DNA from: an uncultured Candidatus Bathyarchaeia archaeon
GTDB taxonomy: Archaea > Thermoproteota > Bathyarchaeia > 40CM-2-53-6
NCBI GenBank assembly: GCA_964601325.1
Contig: CAZRNA010000003.1
Location: 4,629 to 68,628, forward strand
Length of the DNA: 64,000 nt
Direction of reading: 5' to 3'
Within the stretch, counting starts at the first letter, position 1; each line of letters starts with the position of its first letter. A program made the position numbers and the translations under genes. Positions 19,629-30,205 of this stretch are shown piece by piece. The notes under the pieces are model-generated. The model did not search any database, had not been told where the DNA came from, and saw only the letters and a program-made list of their open reading frames with translations.

Positions 19629-20660
19629 CTACTGCACTACCTCAACTTCTTCTAGGACGCTTGCTGGGACGTTGAGCTTGAGCTGTTGTGCTCTCTTGAT
19701 GTTGACCATTGGGACCGTTCTTTCGGGCGTCATGATTGGAATGTCTCCAGGCCTGGTTCCGTTCATTATCTCGAGGGCTATTTCAGCGGCTGCTCTTCCT
19801 TGTTCGCTTCCAGGCAGAGTGACTCCACATAGCGCCCCACCCTTTATCGTGAAGTCGAAGAAGGCAAATTCTGGAAGGGTATTGTTCTGCAGCGTCCATC
19901 CTAGGACCTGCTCGGGAGGGAGGCTTTCCTCAGCCTCGCCTTGCTTGACAGTGTGATAGGTGAACAAGCCGATCGCGTCGACCTCTGACTGAAGCTCGTT
20001 GATCTCCGCTTTCCAAGCGTCAAAGTCGTTTGTAGTGTAAACCTCCGCAATCTCAACCGGCAACGATATCTCCCTCATGTATTCGAGAAAACCCTGCGAT
20101 GTAGCACCATCATCCATAACCATCGCGACCTTATTCACATTCGGCACAATTCGTTTCAGAAGGTTGACGCATTCTACGTAGTGGTGTACTTCAGCAACTC
20201 CTGTTATGTTGCTAGCCGGAAGCCCGTAGTCCTTCGGCTTACGGTTGACGCCGCAGAAAACGAACGGAAGCGTCTGACCCACGAATTTCTTTGCCACATA
20301 ATTAGTGGCATTGTCATCAAAGACGATCACAAGATCAGGCGTGAGTTGTTTGATCTTCTCCACAGCTTCCTCTGTAACCTTGTCTATCCATTCTGAGCTT
20401 GTATGCCTCTTGGTGTCCATATAGAACTCTTCGATCACGAATCCTTTGTCCCATAAGACCTCCCTCACGCCCGTTGTCTCAGCCATTACCCATGGATGAT
20501 CAGGGCTGTAGCTGAAGATCAGCAAGACTTTCCTTGTCGGCTTGACGGTGGCTTCGCGAGGTATCATGTAACCAATAGCTGTTCCTGCCGCCAGACCGAC
20601 TATTCCGCCTCCAACTATTCGCAGATAATCTCTTCTGCTCACGCCCTCTTCTCTGGACAT
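19629..20660 (-). CDS. Tat-exported ABC-type substrate-binding protein (ABC_sub_bind-like), orphan
   Basis: SRRDYL twin-arginine motif + TM; FYMDTKR, PDLVIVFDDNA, PFVFCGVN, EQGRAAAEIA, N..RAQQL.L. Confidence 0.85.
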   Translation of the reverse strand: MSREEGVSRRDYLRIVGGGIVGLAAGTAIGYMIPREATVKPTRKVLLIFSYSPDHPWVMAETTGVREVLWDKGFVIEEFYMDTKRHTSSEWIDKVTEEAVEKIKQLTPDLVIVFDDNATNYVAKKFVGQTLPFVFCGVNRKPKDYGLPASNITGVAEVHHYVECVNLLKRIVPNVNKVAMVMDDGATSQGFLEYMREISLPVEIAEVYTTNDFDAWKAEINELQSEVDAIGLFTYHTVKQGEAEESLPPEQVLGWTLQNNTLPEFAFFDFTIKGGALCGVTLPGSEQGRAAAEIALEIMNGTRPGDIPIMTPERTVPMVNIKRAQQLKLNVPASVLEEVEVVQ

Positions 20661-20908
20661 GACTGAAATCACTTTCCGGACTGAGACGCTCCAAACTCGA
20701 TATATCTCTTGCTTCCACATTTCTCGAGATTGTTCTTAGATATGCCGCGGAATCTCGATGTATCCAGACCTCTTCAGCCTCACGATTTCGTCCAAGACCG
20801 CGTCTACCTTTCTACACTTACCGAATTGCGATAGCACAGAACGGGAGAATACTGAATGCATGACATGATAATTCCAACTCTGACGACGAGCTGGCGTTTT
20901 GTATCGGT

Positions 20909-21886
20909 TCACCAGAAGCCCCCGTGAGCAAAGAGAAGCAGGGGAATGGTGACTAGGCTGATTAGGTACGTGCAGATGACCAGAACTGCTGCAAGCCCGC
21001 CATCGCACCCGCACCGGTCGGCAAGCACTGCCGCAATAGCCCCGGCTGGCATTGATGCCATGACGAAGAGTACTTGCTGATGCATCACCTGCAAGCCCGC
21101 GGCGTAAGCCCCATACGAAACAAGGGCAGGCTGAATAATCATCTTGACGGCGACGACAAGAGCAAGGAACGGGGCCAGCGTCCGGAGTTTTACCGGCCGG
21201 ACCAGAAGGCCAATCGCTATCCAGACAAGCAGGTCCAGCGAACTCCGGATGACCACAAAAAAGTCGTTAAAGACATCCGAAAAGATGCCGGCACCGGGAA
21301 CATGGAGATATGTTACGACAACGGATACACAGAGCCCAAGAACGAATGTAATAAGGATGGGAGTTGCAAGGAAGTTTCTCAGAACGGTGGCCGGATGCTT
21401 GTCCTCTCCTTTCGTTGCACCGAAATATGTCGCGATAAACACGCCAAGCGTGAAGAAGGGGATAGCTACGGCGAACGTTCCGATCATAAGACCAAGAGAC
21501 ATCTCCTCGCTCTGTGGGCCAAATACCATGCTGATCAGCGGCGAAGCAAAGGTGTAGGTGCTCCCGAATGCGGAGAGGAGCACGATCGATCCTTTCGTCG
21601 TCGCGGACGGAATTCCCCATAATCGGCAGACGCCCCACGCGATTAGAATGCAGGCGAGGATTGCAAGAAACATTGTGAGGACCGGAATCACCCACTCTGC
21701 CGTAATGCTGCTCGTTGCAAGGCTTGCGAAGATGGTCGCCGGCAGGGCAAGTTCAGTGACAAGACGGTCGAAGGCCTGTATGTGGCTATCATTGAAGATT
21801 TTCCGTCGCTTCAGCAGCTGGACAATGAGGACGATGAGGAGGAACATGATGACATATTCGTATTGTGAGATTACGAATGGGATCAT
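20909..21886 (-). CDS. AEC (auxin efflux carrier/malate permease) family transporter
   Basis: LVTELALPATIF; MPAGAIAAVLA..CGCD; about 10 TMs. Confidence 0.9.
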   Translation of the reverse strand: MIPFVISQYEYVIMFLLIVLIVQLLKRRKIFNDSHIQAFDRLVTELALPATIFASLATSSITAEWVIPVLTMFLAILACILIAWGVCRLWGIPSATTKGSIVLLSAFGSTYTFASPLISMVFGPQSEEMSLGLMIGTFAVAIPFFTLGVFIATYFGATKGEDKHPATVLRNFLATPILITFVLGLCVSVVVTYLHVPGAGIFSDVFNDFFVVIRSSLDLLVWIAIGLLVRPVKLRTLAPFLALVVAVKMIIQPALVSYGAYAAGLQVMHQQVLFVMASMPAGAIAAVLADRCGCDGGLAAVLVICTYLISLVTIPLLLFAHGGFW

Positions 21887-22000
21887 GATGAACCACTTCG
21901 GCCTACGATGTACGTCATGACATTTGCGCGGCGGTATCGAGTTGCGCAGTGATCAATCCTTTTTGGAGTTGGTTTCTTGTGGAAGGTCACAGTCGGTCCC

Positions 22001-22954
22001 TCAGACAGAGAAGTAAGTGACTATCGGGATAGTCAGCAGGCTGACGAGATAGGTTGCGACAACGATGGTCGAGGCGAGCCGGCCGTCGCACTCGTAACGG
22101 GCTGCAATAACTGCAGCGATGGCACCCGAGGGCATCGCTGCTTCAACGACGAGTATCTCGGTTGGAAGGGCGGAAAGGGATGCGATCGAGGCGCCATACA
22201 GGACGAGGATGGGGTGCAAGAAGAGCTTGAGGCCGACGATCAAGAAGAAGAGTGGGAGAACGTCACGGACGTGGGCAGGCCTGAGCATGAGCCCTATCGA
22301 TGCTGCAACGAGGATCTCAAGACCATTTGTGAAGTATCCGAAGAACGTGACCCAGAATTTCTCGCTCATGAACGATGACGCCAAAGGGATTTGGGATACG
22401 GCAAGCCCGGAGACGAAGGAGATAAAGATCGGAGAGACAAAGAAATTCCTGATGACCGGCCACACCTCGGGCTTCTTGTTCTCCTCGCAGCTGCCAAAGT
22501 ATGCGGCCATCAGGATGCCGAGCGTGAACAGCGGGATGATGGCTCCGAACTCGTTGATGAGAAGCCCCAAGGTCATCGCTTCGCTATTGATGCCGAACGT
22601 CTGTCGTATCAGGGGGTAGGCGAGCGTCGAAGTGCTCCCCCACCCAGCCAGTAACACGAGTGATCCGGTCACGCTCGGGGGAAGTCTCATTGCCCGGGAG
22701 GTTAGGTAGGCGAGAAAACAGCAGATCATGATGGCTACGAACATTATGGCGGCGGAGAGGAGTTGGGCTGAGTGTATTGTACTTACGGCAAGGGTGGAGA
22801 AGATAGTCACCGGCAGGGCAAGTTCGGTGACAAGCCGGCTGAAGACCGGCTCATAACTCTCGTGGAGGATCCCACGACGTTTGAGGAGATTGACAAAGAG
22901 GACGAGGATGAAGAATATCGCAACGGATTTGAGAAGCGGGTACAGCTGCTCCAT
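22001..22954 (-). CDS. AEC family transporter (tandem paralog)
   Basis: LVTELALPVTIF; MPSGAIAAVIAARYECD. Confidence 0.9.
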   Translation of the reverse strand: MEQLYPLLKSVAIFFILVLFVNLLKRRGILHESYEPVFSRLVTELALPVTIFSTLAVSTIHSAQLLSAAIMFVAIMICCFLAYLTSRAMRLPPSVTGSLVLLAGWGSTSTLAYPLIRQTFGINSEAMTLGLLINEFGAIIPLFTLGILMAAYFGSCEENKKPEVWPVIRNFFVSPIFISFVSGLAVSQIPLASSFMSEKFWVTFFGYFTNGLEILVAASIGLMLRPAHVRDVLPLFFLIVGLKLFLHPILVLYGASIASLSALPTEILVVEAAMPSGAIAAVIAARYECDGRLASTIVVATYLVSLLTIPIVTYFSV

Positions 22955-22956
22955 TC

Positions 22957-23250
22957 TTATTCCAGCCGTACTTGGGCCAGTGGATGTCGCCAGAAAGCAA
23001 GTACATACATTCCGACCCGGCAGGTCGCGACCAAGAAGTAAATCATCATTTGATCGACAGCGCCGACTTCTTCTCGTCTCACGGGGTTTCCTCTAGTCTT
23101 CTTTGATATCAGCTCGGATACGCGGGGACCACTTCTCTCAGCGTCAGCCAAGAACGGAACCACGTGGTCGCCTGGAATTCCGAGGATCTGACCCACATTG
23201 TGGTCTGCAAGCCTCTCAAGCAGGTACTCGGGAGTTTTCAGAGCGCTCAC
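22957..23250 (-). pseudogene. N-terminal remnant of a TPP-dependent 2-oxoacid decarboxylase (PDC/IpdC-like)
   Basis: EYLLERLADHNVGQILGIPGDHVVPFL resembles the PDC N-terminus; similarity is lost after about 40 codons. Confidence 0.6.
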
Positions 23251-23423
23251 TGTCTCCTTTCAAACCATGATTCGTTGCACACGCCTGAATTGCTCTCTGA
23301 TCTTCAAGATTGTCACATTGCTATTTGTACAGGGGTCTTGCCTAATTACACTGCTCGCGATCCGGACTGAGACGGCGACTTAGGACACAGTGAGAATATC
23401 AAGACTCAGAAACCGCGTGTGCC

Positions 23424-26420
23424 TTACGATGGTCTTCTTTCTGTAAGCGTGATTGTCAGCCGGCATGGCTTGCCATTGGAGGGAATTATGACCTCCCCAT
23501 CAGACAATCTGAGGTCAAATTCCTCATTCCCGTCATCTGAATTCATCTGCAGTATGCCCGGCAGGCTTTCGGAGTATCCCTCGCATGTAATCATGTGTGC
23601 CCATACCTTGAGCTCGCGAGACTGGCTTCCCGCTAATTGGACCGTGAGGCGACGGAGCGAAGGGAAGGATGGGATCTCTCGGGATGCGGCTTGCAGCTTC
23701 TCTTCCTTGTCGGGATACTGGAGCGAGACTTCCGCAGTCTTGGGCTGGCCACCTTCCGTGATGGCGAAGAACGCTCGTCCGCCTTCACATTGGTCTTCCT
23801 GCAGCTCAAGAGTCGTCCGCTTCACAAACGCCCCACGATGCGCCATCACTACAGTCATGCCCACTGTGAGAACTCCGATGAGAAGAGCCAGAGCGCGTGA
23901 TGGTAGGTCCTTCCAGATAACCAAGCCATGGAGGAAAAGGGTGGCCAGGAACAGGAGATACACACTCGCCGTGATCAGAGGATGACCAAGAAGTCTGTAG
24001 ACTACAGATGGCAGGCGCTCGCCCTTTCTGCGGCTAGCGATTATCAATAGATCCGGGAAGATCCCTCCTAGCAGCGGAACGAGAATGACCCCGATGAGGC
24101 CGAGCATTTGACTGAAGGAACCGGCTCCGGTGACGACGAGCCACTCGGTCAAGAGGAAGGCGGAGATCGCCGGGATCAGTGGCAGGTAGGAGCGCCCAAG
24201 TTTGCTCAGCATGACTTCTGTCACCCATTGAGAGAGACGTCCCCTTCCGACAAAACCGGTTTCAGTTCTTGCTGGTCGCTCTTCTTTCTCGAGTGCTTTC
24301 CAGATTTCTCCGGGAATCTTGCTTCCTCTCCTGAGTGTGAGAGAAAGCTGATAGCGAGTCTCACCGGTCCTTGCAGCGTCTTGTGACGCTTTCACGACGC
24401 CTTCAGATACCAACGTATCCAGCATGTTACGAATCTTCATCCCATCCTCGCCGAGATATGTCGCGGCCTCGGACGCGGTCACTGTTTGACGCTTCATAGT
24501 CCCCTGACGCAGAAGCCAGTTGACAAGCCGTCGCTGATCTTCAGGCAAGGCGACGAGGTCAGCCATCGTCAGGCCAGCGGTGTCCCACTCCCCCCTCGGA
24601 GTTAGCTTCAGTGACGAGTCAACGTGCACGAGAACACTCTCTTGACTTGCCTCCTGAACTTGCAGAGCCAGATAGACACCGTGTTTGCGGAGCGTCGGCA
24701 TTTCTTCGAGGATTGCGGTAGCGTTCCACGTTTCCGCGAAAGCCATGTGCGTGCGGTGAATAGTGCCGTTCGATTGGATGTCAAGGCGGAACTCAGGCTT
24801 GTCATCGCTGAGCCCGAGATACGTGAGGCTAATGCGAAGTCCTGCTCCTCGGGTGCCGCCTCTAGCGACCGCTCCCTTGTCGCTTAGGAGTAGGTGTCCT
24901 CTTTGGCGGGGCAATCTCACAACCACGTGCCTTCTTCGGGGAAGCCACTCGCGAGTCAGATTGAGGACTCCTAGCGCCGTGATGATCGAGCCCATGCCGA
25001 GTCCGAGAATGACGAGCAATGATCCAAACAAGTACACGATGGGACCGATTACGGCAACGAGCGGAACCAGTGCTGTGCCTGATTGACCTGCGAAGGCTTG
25101 CGGCGCCACGGCACCATTTGCTGCCAACACCCATACACAATAGATGACCATCGCCGCGGTCATCCCGCCAACTGCACCGAGGATCAGCGAACGCCCACCG
25201 GGGTCGCGGCGGAGTACAAGCTGAGCGCAGCTACTCAACGATGTGTGGCCGAAATAGGAGAACAGGACAACGCCGAAAATTACGTACAAGACCGAGGGGT
25301 CGAACGCGCGCCCACTCAAGACGGGTAGATTCACGTAAAGCAGATTTGCCGGTTGCAGGTGGCCGAACGCAAGGAGAGAGAGGATGAGAATTAGGGCAAT
25401 GGTGATCGCACCAACTACAATTGCAGAAGCCACAGTGGCACCGAGCGATCTGAAATGCACAAGATAAACGCTGACAAGGAAGAGTAGCCCGACCCACAGC
25501 TCGGCGCGTATTCCTGTGGTATCTCCTAGGGTGGCTGCAAAGCCGATGTAGTTTGCAATGAGGCCGAGCCAACAGATTGCGAATAGACTCGCTGCCAGTG
25601 TGAGGCTGCCGAGTCGCCCGAGGTAGTCCTGTGCAAGATGGCCCATGAAGGCGCTGCCGTAACGGATGCTTCCGTTGCGGGTGACCGCTTCGGACAGGAA
25701 AGCAATTGTCAACACGTTGGCTAAGCCCAACACGACCAGGATTACCACTCCAGCCAGAGGGCCGATACCGGCCAGCACGATTGGCAGAGCCAGATAGCCT
25801 CCCCCTACAGTCTCCGTCAGCGTCAGCGCGAAAGCAATCCAGAATGGTGGTAGGGAGTCGATCTGATTTCCAAACCGAGTCCAAGCCCATCGAATCGATT
25901 CGGTTACCCTATTACGTGTGGCAAAGACAGTGTCAATCGATTCACCGTACATTTGCTCGTAGGTCTGCTGGACTTGGTCCCCATCCAGCCCCAATGCTGC
26001 CCGAATTCCCTTTACATCCTGACGAGTGAATCTGTACTTCTTGCCCAGGATGTGGGCGAGGGCAGCTCGAATCTTGAAGTTGTCTGGTACTAGAAACGCC
26101 CATTGTGGTGCGTAGTGCTCCAAGTCTTGAATTGTTGGACGAAGCGGAGGCTCACGACCCAGGGCCACGGCTTCCAGAAAGGCTAGGCTACGCTCATCGG
26201 CCGCTTCCTGCGTGAGAAACCGTTCCATCGTTTGCCGGGATTGCGCCTTGTGCCGTGCCGTCCAGCTCTCAATAGCGAAGAGTAGCGTGCTCGCTCGTCT
26301 CGCTGGGAAGCCCTGCAACAATTCCTCGCGGTTGAACTCGGGCTCGCCGGATGGCAGAATGACCGTCACGTCCTTTCCTTCAAGAGTCCATACTTGCAAA
26401 CAAATATGAGTAGCTTTCAT
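23424..26420 (-). CDS. Amino-acid permease (APC/HAAAP-like) with N-terminal soluble domain, large internal insert containing a winged helix, and C-terminal soluble domain
   Basis: ETVGGGYLALP (TM1), FSYFGHTS (TM6); 8 TMs, then an insert of about 250 aa, then 4 TMs; insert contains GLTMADL.ALPED.RRLVNWLLRQ...LDTLVSEGVV...IWKALE. Confidence 0.85.
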   Translation of the reverse strand: MKATHICLQVWTLEGKDVTVILPSGEPEFNREELLQGFPARRASTLLFAIESWTARHKAQSRQTMERFLTQEAADERSLAFLEAVALGREPPLRPTIQDLEHYAPQWAFLVPDNFKIRAALAHILGKKYRFTRQDVKGIRAALGLDGDQVQQTYEQMYGESIDTVFATRNRVTESIRWAWTRFGNQIDSLPPFWIAFALTLTETVGGGYLALPIVLAGIGPLAGVVILVVLGLANVLTIAFLSEAVTRNGSIRYGSAFMGHLAQDYLGRLGSLTLAASLFAICWLGLIANYIGFAATLGDTTGIRAELWVGLLFLVSVYLVHFRSLGATVASAIVVGAITIALILILSLLAFGHLQPANLLYVNLPVLSGRAFDPSVLYVIFGVVLFSYFGHTSLSSCAQLVLRRDPGGRSLILGAVGGMTAAMVIYCVWVLAANGAVAPQAFAGQSGTALVPLVAVIGPIVYLFGSLLVILGLGMGSIITALGVLNLTREWLPRRRHVVVRLPRQRGHLLLSDKGAVARGGTRGAGLRISLTYLGLSDDKPEFRLDIQSNGTIHRTHMAFAETWNATAILEEMPTLRKHGVYLALQVQEASQESVLVHVDSSLKLTPRGEWDTAGLTMADLVALPEDQRRLVNWLLRQGTMKRQTVTASEAATYLGEDGMKIRNMLDTLVSEGVVKASQDAARTGETRYQLSLTLRRGSKIPGEIWKALEKEERPARTETGFVGRGRLSQWVTEVMLSKLGRSYLPLIPAISAFLLTEWLVVTGAGSFSQMLGLIGVILVPLLGGIFPDLLIIASRRKGERLPSVVYRLLGHPLITASVYLLFLATLFLHGLVIWKDLPSRALALLIGVLTVGMTVVMAHRGAFVKRTTLELQEDQCEGGRAFFAITEGGQPKTAEVSLQYPDKEEKLQAASREIPSFPSLRRLTVQLAGSQSRELKVWAHMITCEGYSESLPGILQMNSDDGNEEFDLRLSDGEVIIPSNGKPCRLTITLTERRPS

Positions 26421-26820
26421 CGAGTAAGCGAGCTTCTCAGCTACCAGTGCGGATTGAAGGTCCTTGAACCAGTCGGGTCAACGGTAGCGCTCGCAAGCTT
26501 GTCTCAATCCTCTTTCGAGGATGGTCGTTCTGCCCCTTTTCGCTCCCGGCAAGTGCCATCTGTCGCACGTGATCCGGCCATGCACAACTTGTTGTGTGTC
26601 GATGCTTCTCTAGGATCCGCCATCAAGTGATTCCTTCGCACGCAAAGTCTCACAGCCCGCCCCTTCACCCCAGACACTACGTTTCCTGCAATGATGACAT
26701 TTCAGGCCACCGTGCCCGCGGGATGTTGAATGTAGAATCTTTTCGGTCCTCCATTCAGGAACCATCGAGTAATGTGAAGGAACTTAGAGCGGTTCATCCG
26801 GACGGGCCATCGGCGTCATT

Positions 26821-27780
26821 TTACCTTTTTCTGATCGCAACGTAACATATCAGTATGACCGCGAAGACTGCGGAGACTACTGCTACCACGATCACGGGCC
26901 CGATGACTATCCCTTGGGGGGTTGAAATCTCACTATGCAGCGTAGCGCTCGTCGCGGCTGTTGCGGTTGTTGCCGTTGATGCGTTCCATGGAGGCGGGCT
27001 ATTTGGATCAAGGATGAGCGGCTGTCTTGGGGACTGGTTGAAGTCGAATTCTTCGGAGAAACTGTTTGCCATCGTGTCTCGGTTCGTCAGGCGTCTTAGC
27101 CCGAACTGGTTCTCGATGAAGGCCAAGTACGAGCTGTGTTCGTACTGCGTGTGGCTGATGTGGCCTTGCCTCGCATACGGTGAGATCAGCAGAACCGGTA
27201 CCCTGAACCCCAGGCCGTACTGGTCTACCTGTGGCGGCGGGACGTGGTCGTAGAAGCCTCCCCAATCATCCCAACCGATGAATATCGCAGTCTCCTTCCA
27301 GTATTGACTTTGCATGATGGTGTTCACGAGGGTCACCACGTACTTCTGTCCCACTTCGGGGCTCTTGGGAGGATGTTCACTCACGGCTCCTGCTGGCACA
27401 ATCCACGAGACCTGTGGTAGGCTGCCTGACTGTACGTCGTTGTAGAACTCGGATCCGGGGACATCGCGAGACAGCAACGAGGCATTGCTCATTATTCCTT
27501 TCATGTGCGGTAGCGGATTTGTGTAGTCGTAGAAGCTGGATTCGGGCTCATCGTGAGCCATCAGCTCAGGTTCGTTCGTTGTTGCTGCGCCTGGAAGGTT
27601 TGTTTCATAATAATACTTCCAACTTATCCCGGGTGACAATTCCTCCATTATCGTCTCGAAATCGAAGACAGCGGGAGGCTTGCCTTTCACATAACCGCCG
27701 GACTGGGCGGAGATGAGGTATAGATGGTTCGGGAGACTGAAGCTTAGAACAGAGTGGACGCGTTGTTGTCGCTTATACAT
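26821..27780 (-). pseudogene. 5'-truncated phospholipase C/acid phosphatase (phosphoesterase family) with C-terminal membrane anchor
   Basis: [43 protein letters not shown] present; signal peptide and N-terminal ENRSFD metal motif absent. Confidence 0.7.
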
Positions 27781-28322
27781 TATTACGACGCAGTCGAATT
27801 GCGGAGGTCACTTAGAAATATCGGTCTGGAAATAGCTAAGGAATATGTGCAGCCGGACTCCATCTTTCTGCTGACCAAGCGATCCAAGGAAGGGAAAGAT
27901 CAGGCGACAAGAGAGGCTCTTAGGGTAGCCTAGGCGCCGGTTGTGCGGAGCCTAACGAGACGTTGATTCGGACGCCTAGGACGACGAGCGCATTGCTATG
28001 ATGGCGAGTTAGTCATCTCGTATGCTTGCAACGGCGTTGAGCGTGGCCAGAGCCTAGCGGAAGACGGTGCCGCAATCTCCTGCAAGTCTCGTGATGAGCA
28101 TCGCGGGTTGAACTTGTCGTCATTGCTCGTCTTAGTTTCGTGAAGAAGGATGCTTCCCTCCGAGAGCTTCTATTCTCGGATTTCTTTTCAGTTCTCACAC
28201 TCGCGGCAGAGATGTTCGGTCAAGAGAGTACGTTCGCCAAGGGTAGTCCAAGAGCATTCCTGTGACGTGTGATGACCTTTTTTCATCTTCGACCAACCGA
28301 TGATTGTTGTGGGCGGTGTGGC

Positions 28323-29153
28323 TCAGGCGGACCGAGCGCGTTTGACGGCAACAAGTTGATTCAAGAGATCCTTGAAGAAGTCTGTGCCCATGATCTTCTC
28401 AGCCTCTTTTCTGACATGCTCTTCGTCGATCACAATTTCGAGCTTTGCCACTGTCGCCTCTAGGTCGGATGAGTATTTTCTCAATCTACCTATCTCGAGT
28501 TCGCGAATGCGTATCTCCTTTTGAGTAAGCTCTTGTTGAAGCCGTTCCTTCTCGATGGCCATATTTCGTTCCTTGGTTACGTTGCCGACGATGAAAGTGA
28601 ATATGGCCATGCTAATCGAGTTGGTCAGCGCCATTGGAAGATACAGGGCTTCAACGACTGAGACCGCCTGGCTGAACGGTTGCGCCATCACGAGCGTCAA
28701 AAGCATATGGAGCGTCTCCATGGAGAATGCGAAAGCTGCTGCCCATACGGGACCGATAAGCTTCTTCTTCGTCAGCCACACTAAGCCACCGAGCGTTCCC
28801 GAAATCACTGTTGACAGTGCCGAAGGGACAGCTGAGAACCCGCCCATGAAATACCTGTATGTACCGCCGATCAAACCGGCAGTGAAACCGATCAAAGGGC
28901 CCCCTAGCAGCCCAGCAATCATTGGCCCCGGGTCTCTGACATTGGCGATGGCTCCGAGGATCTCAACGCCGCTGTAGTTCCCCAGAATCGACATCGCAGA
29001 GAACATGGCCGTCGTAAGAAGGGCGCTCTTTGGCGTGATCCTGCGGTTGCATACGTCGAAGAACCAGTCTGTCCTACTCACAAGGTAGGCGACTATTGCG
29101 AAGACGGCCATCAACTTGACAAGTTCAACAAGAGTCTCGAATACAGTAGTCAA
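28323..29153 (-). CDS. 5TM-5TMR_LYT (LytS/YhcK-type) membrane sensor with coiled coil and short tail, no kinase or cyclase domain
   Basis: GAIANVRD.GPMIAGLLGGP..G..AGLIGG.YRY.MGG, METLHM; tail LEIVIDEEHVRKEAEKIMGTDFFKDLL. Confidence 0.88.
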   Translation of the reverse strand: MTTVFETLVELVKLMAVFAIVAYLVSRTDWFFDVCNRRITPKSALLTTAMFSAMSILGNYSGVEILGAIANVRDPGPMIAGLLGGPLIGFTAGLIGGTYRYFMGGFSAVPSALSTVISGTLGGLVWLTKKKLIGPVWAAAFAFSMETLHMLLTLVMAQPFSQAVSVVEALYLPMALTNSISMAIFTFIVGNVTKERNMAIEKERLQQELTQKEIRIRELEIGRLRKYSSDLEATVAKLEIVIDEEHVRKEAEKIMGTDFFKDLLNQLVAVKRARSA

Positions 29154-29698
29154 AGGACATCTCTCCCCCGATCAAGACGAGATGTGTGTGATTATTGGTC
29201 GCAAGTCTCACTACTAACCTTGCCTCAGAAGCTCTGGAAAGATCTCCGAACGTACATTGCGATTACAAAGGGGTGAATGGCACCCGCTCCCATCATTGCG
29301 TTTCTGACACTCTCGGAGCCTGGATTCATGACTCCAGCCCCCCATCGGCCAACGATCGCCACGACTTTGCTCATTCCCCATGACCGAGTCTTCTACGTGT
29401 TGTATTGTTTTGCCAGTTATCCAAGTCTCGTGAATATTGTGTCGACCGCGTCTGCCACTCTGTTTCTTTGTGATGATGGCGGCTGTGTGGCTTGGTAGAC
29501 ACTCACCGCCCCTTCCTGGCCCCATGCAGGATTCACATATCCGGTTGGGGCTCGAATGACCGTAACAAGGCAACATGTCTAGCCGTGAATTGCAGTTGTC
29601 CTACCGCCCTACCACCCAAGCGGCCTTCTAATTAACGTGAGTTATCATGTGATATCGCTAACGACGGAAAATACAGGACAAGCGAAGGAAGTGAGGCG

Positions 29699-30043
29699 AT
29701 GCCGGACAATCGAGTGTTAGCTGCTGCGTTCGGAGTTCTCCTAGTGGGGTGGTTCATGTTCCGTCATGCTCTTGGATTCTACATTGGCGTACCCACTTTC
29801 TTCATGTGGAAGGACTTCGTTACTTTCCTGCTTGTGCTCATCTTCACTCCAGCGGTGATGTCGAAAGCTCGTTGGACGGCTCTCGGCGCGGTGGTCGTGG
29901 GAGCAATCCGCATCATAGCAGGCCTTTATGGACTCTATGCGGAGCTAATATCGACGATGTCAAGAGCATATGGACCAGCGATATCAGTCGTTTTGGCCCT
30001 GATCTTCACATACTTCGCATTCCGAGTGTACCAACAGAAGTAG
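29699..30043 (+). CDS. Four-TM hypothetical membrane protein
   Basis: Hydrophobic ORF with GTGAGG ribosome-binding site. Confidence 0.7.
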   Translation: MPDNRVLAAAFGVLLVGWFMFRHALGFYIGVPTFFMWKDFVTFLLVLIFTPAVMSKARWTALGAVVVGAIRIIAGLYGLYAELISTMSRAYGPAISVVLALIFTYFAFRVYQQK

Positions 30044-30205
30044 CAGACCTCGAGATACTTCGAGACTCCCGAAATTCGCCACGAAAGAGTCATGCGAATC
30101 AGAGGGGGTTCTTGGTATCCATCAGTCGATGATGCTGTGTATGCAAACTTCACCGTAGGCTGAATAGTTTCAAGTAGTCTGGAGCGCCAATAGTCTTTAC
30201 CGGCT

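Noticed and set aside
29224..29373. Minus-strand MSKVVAIVGRWGAG... as a decayed MinD/ParA start upstream of the LYT sensor
   Set aside because: No GKT/S Walker A and no further similarity visible.
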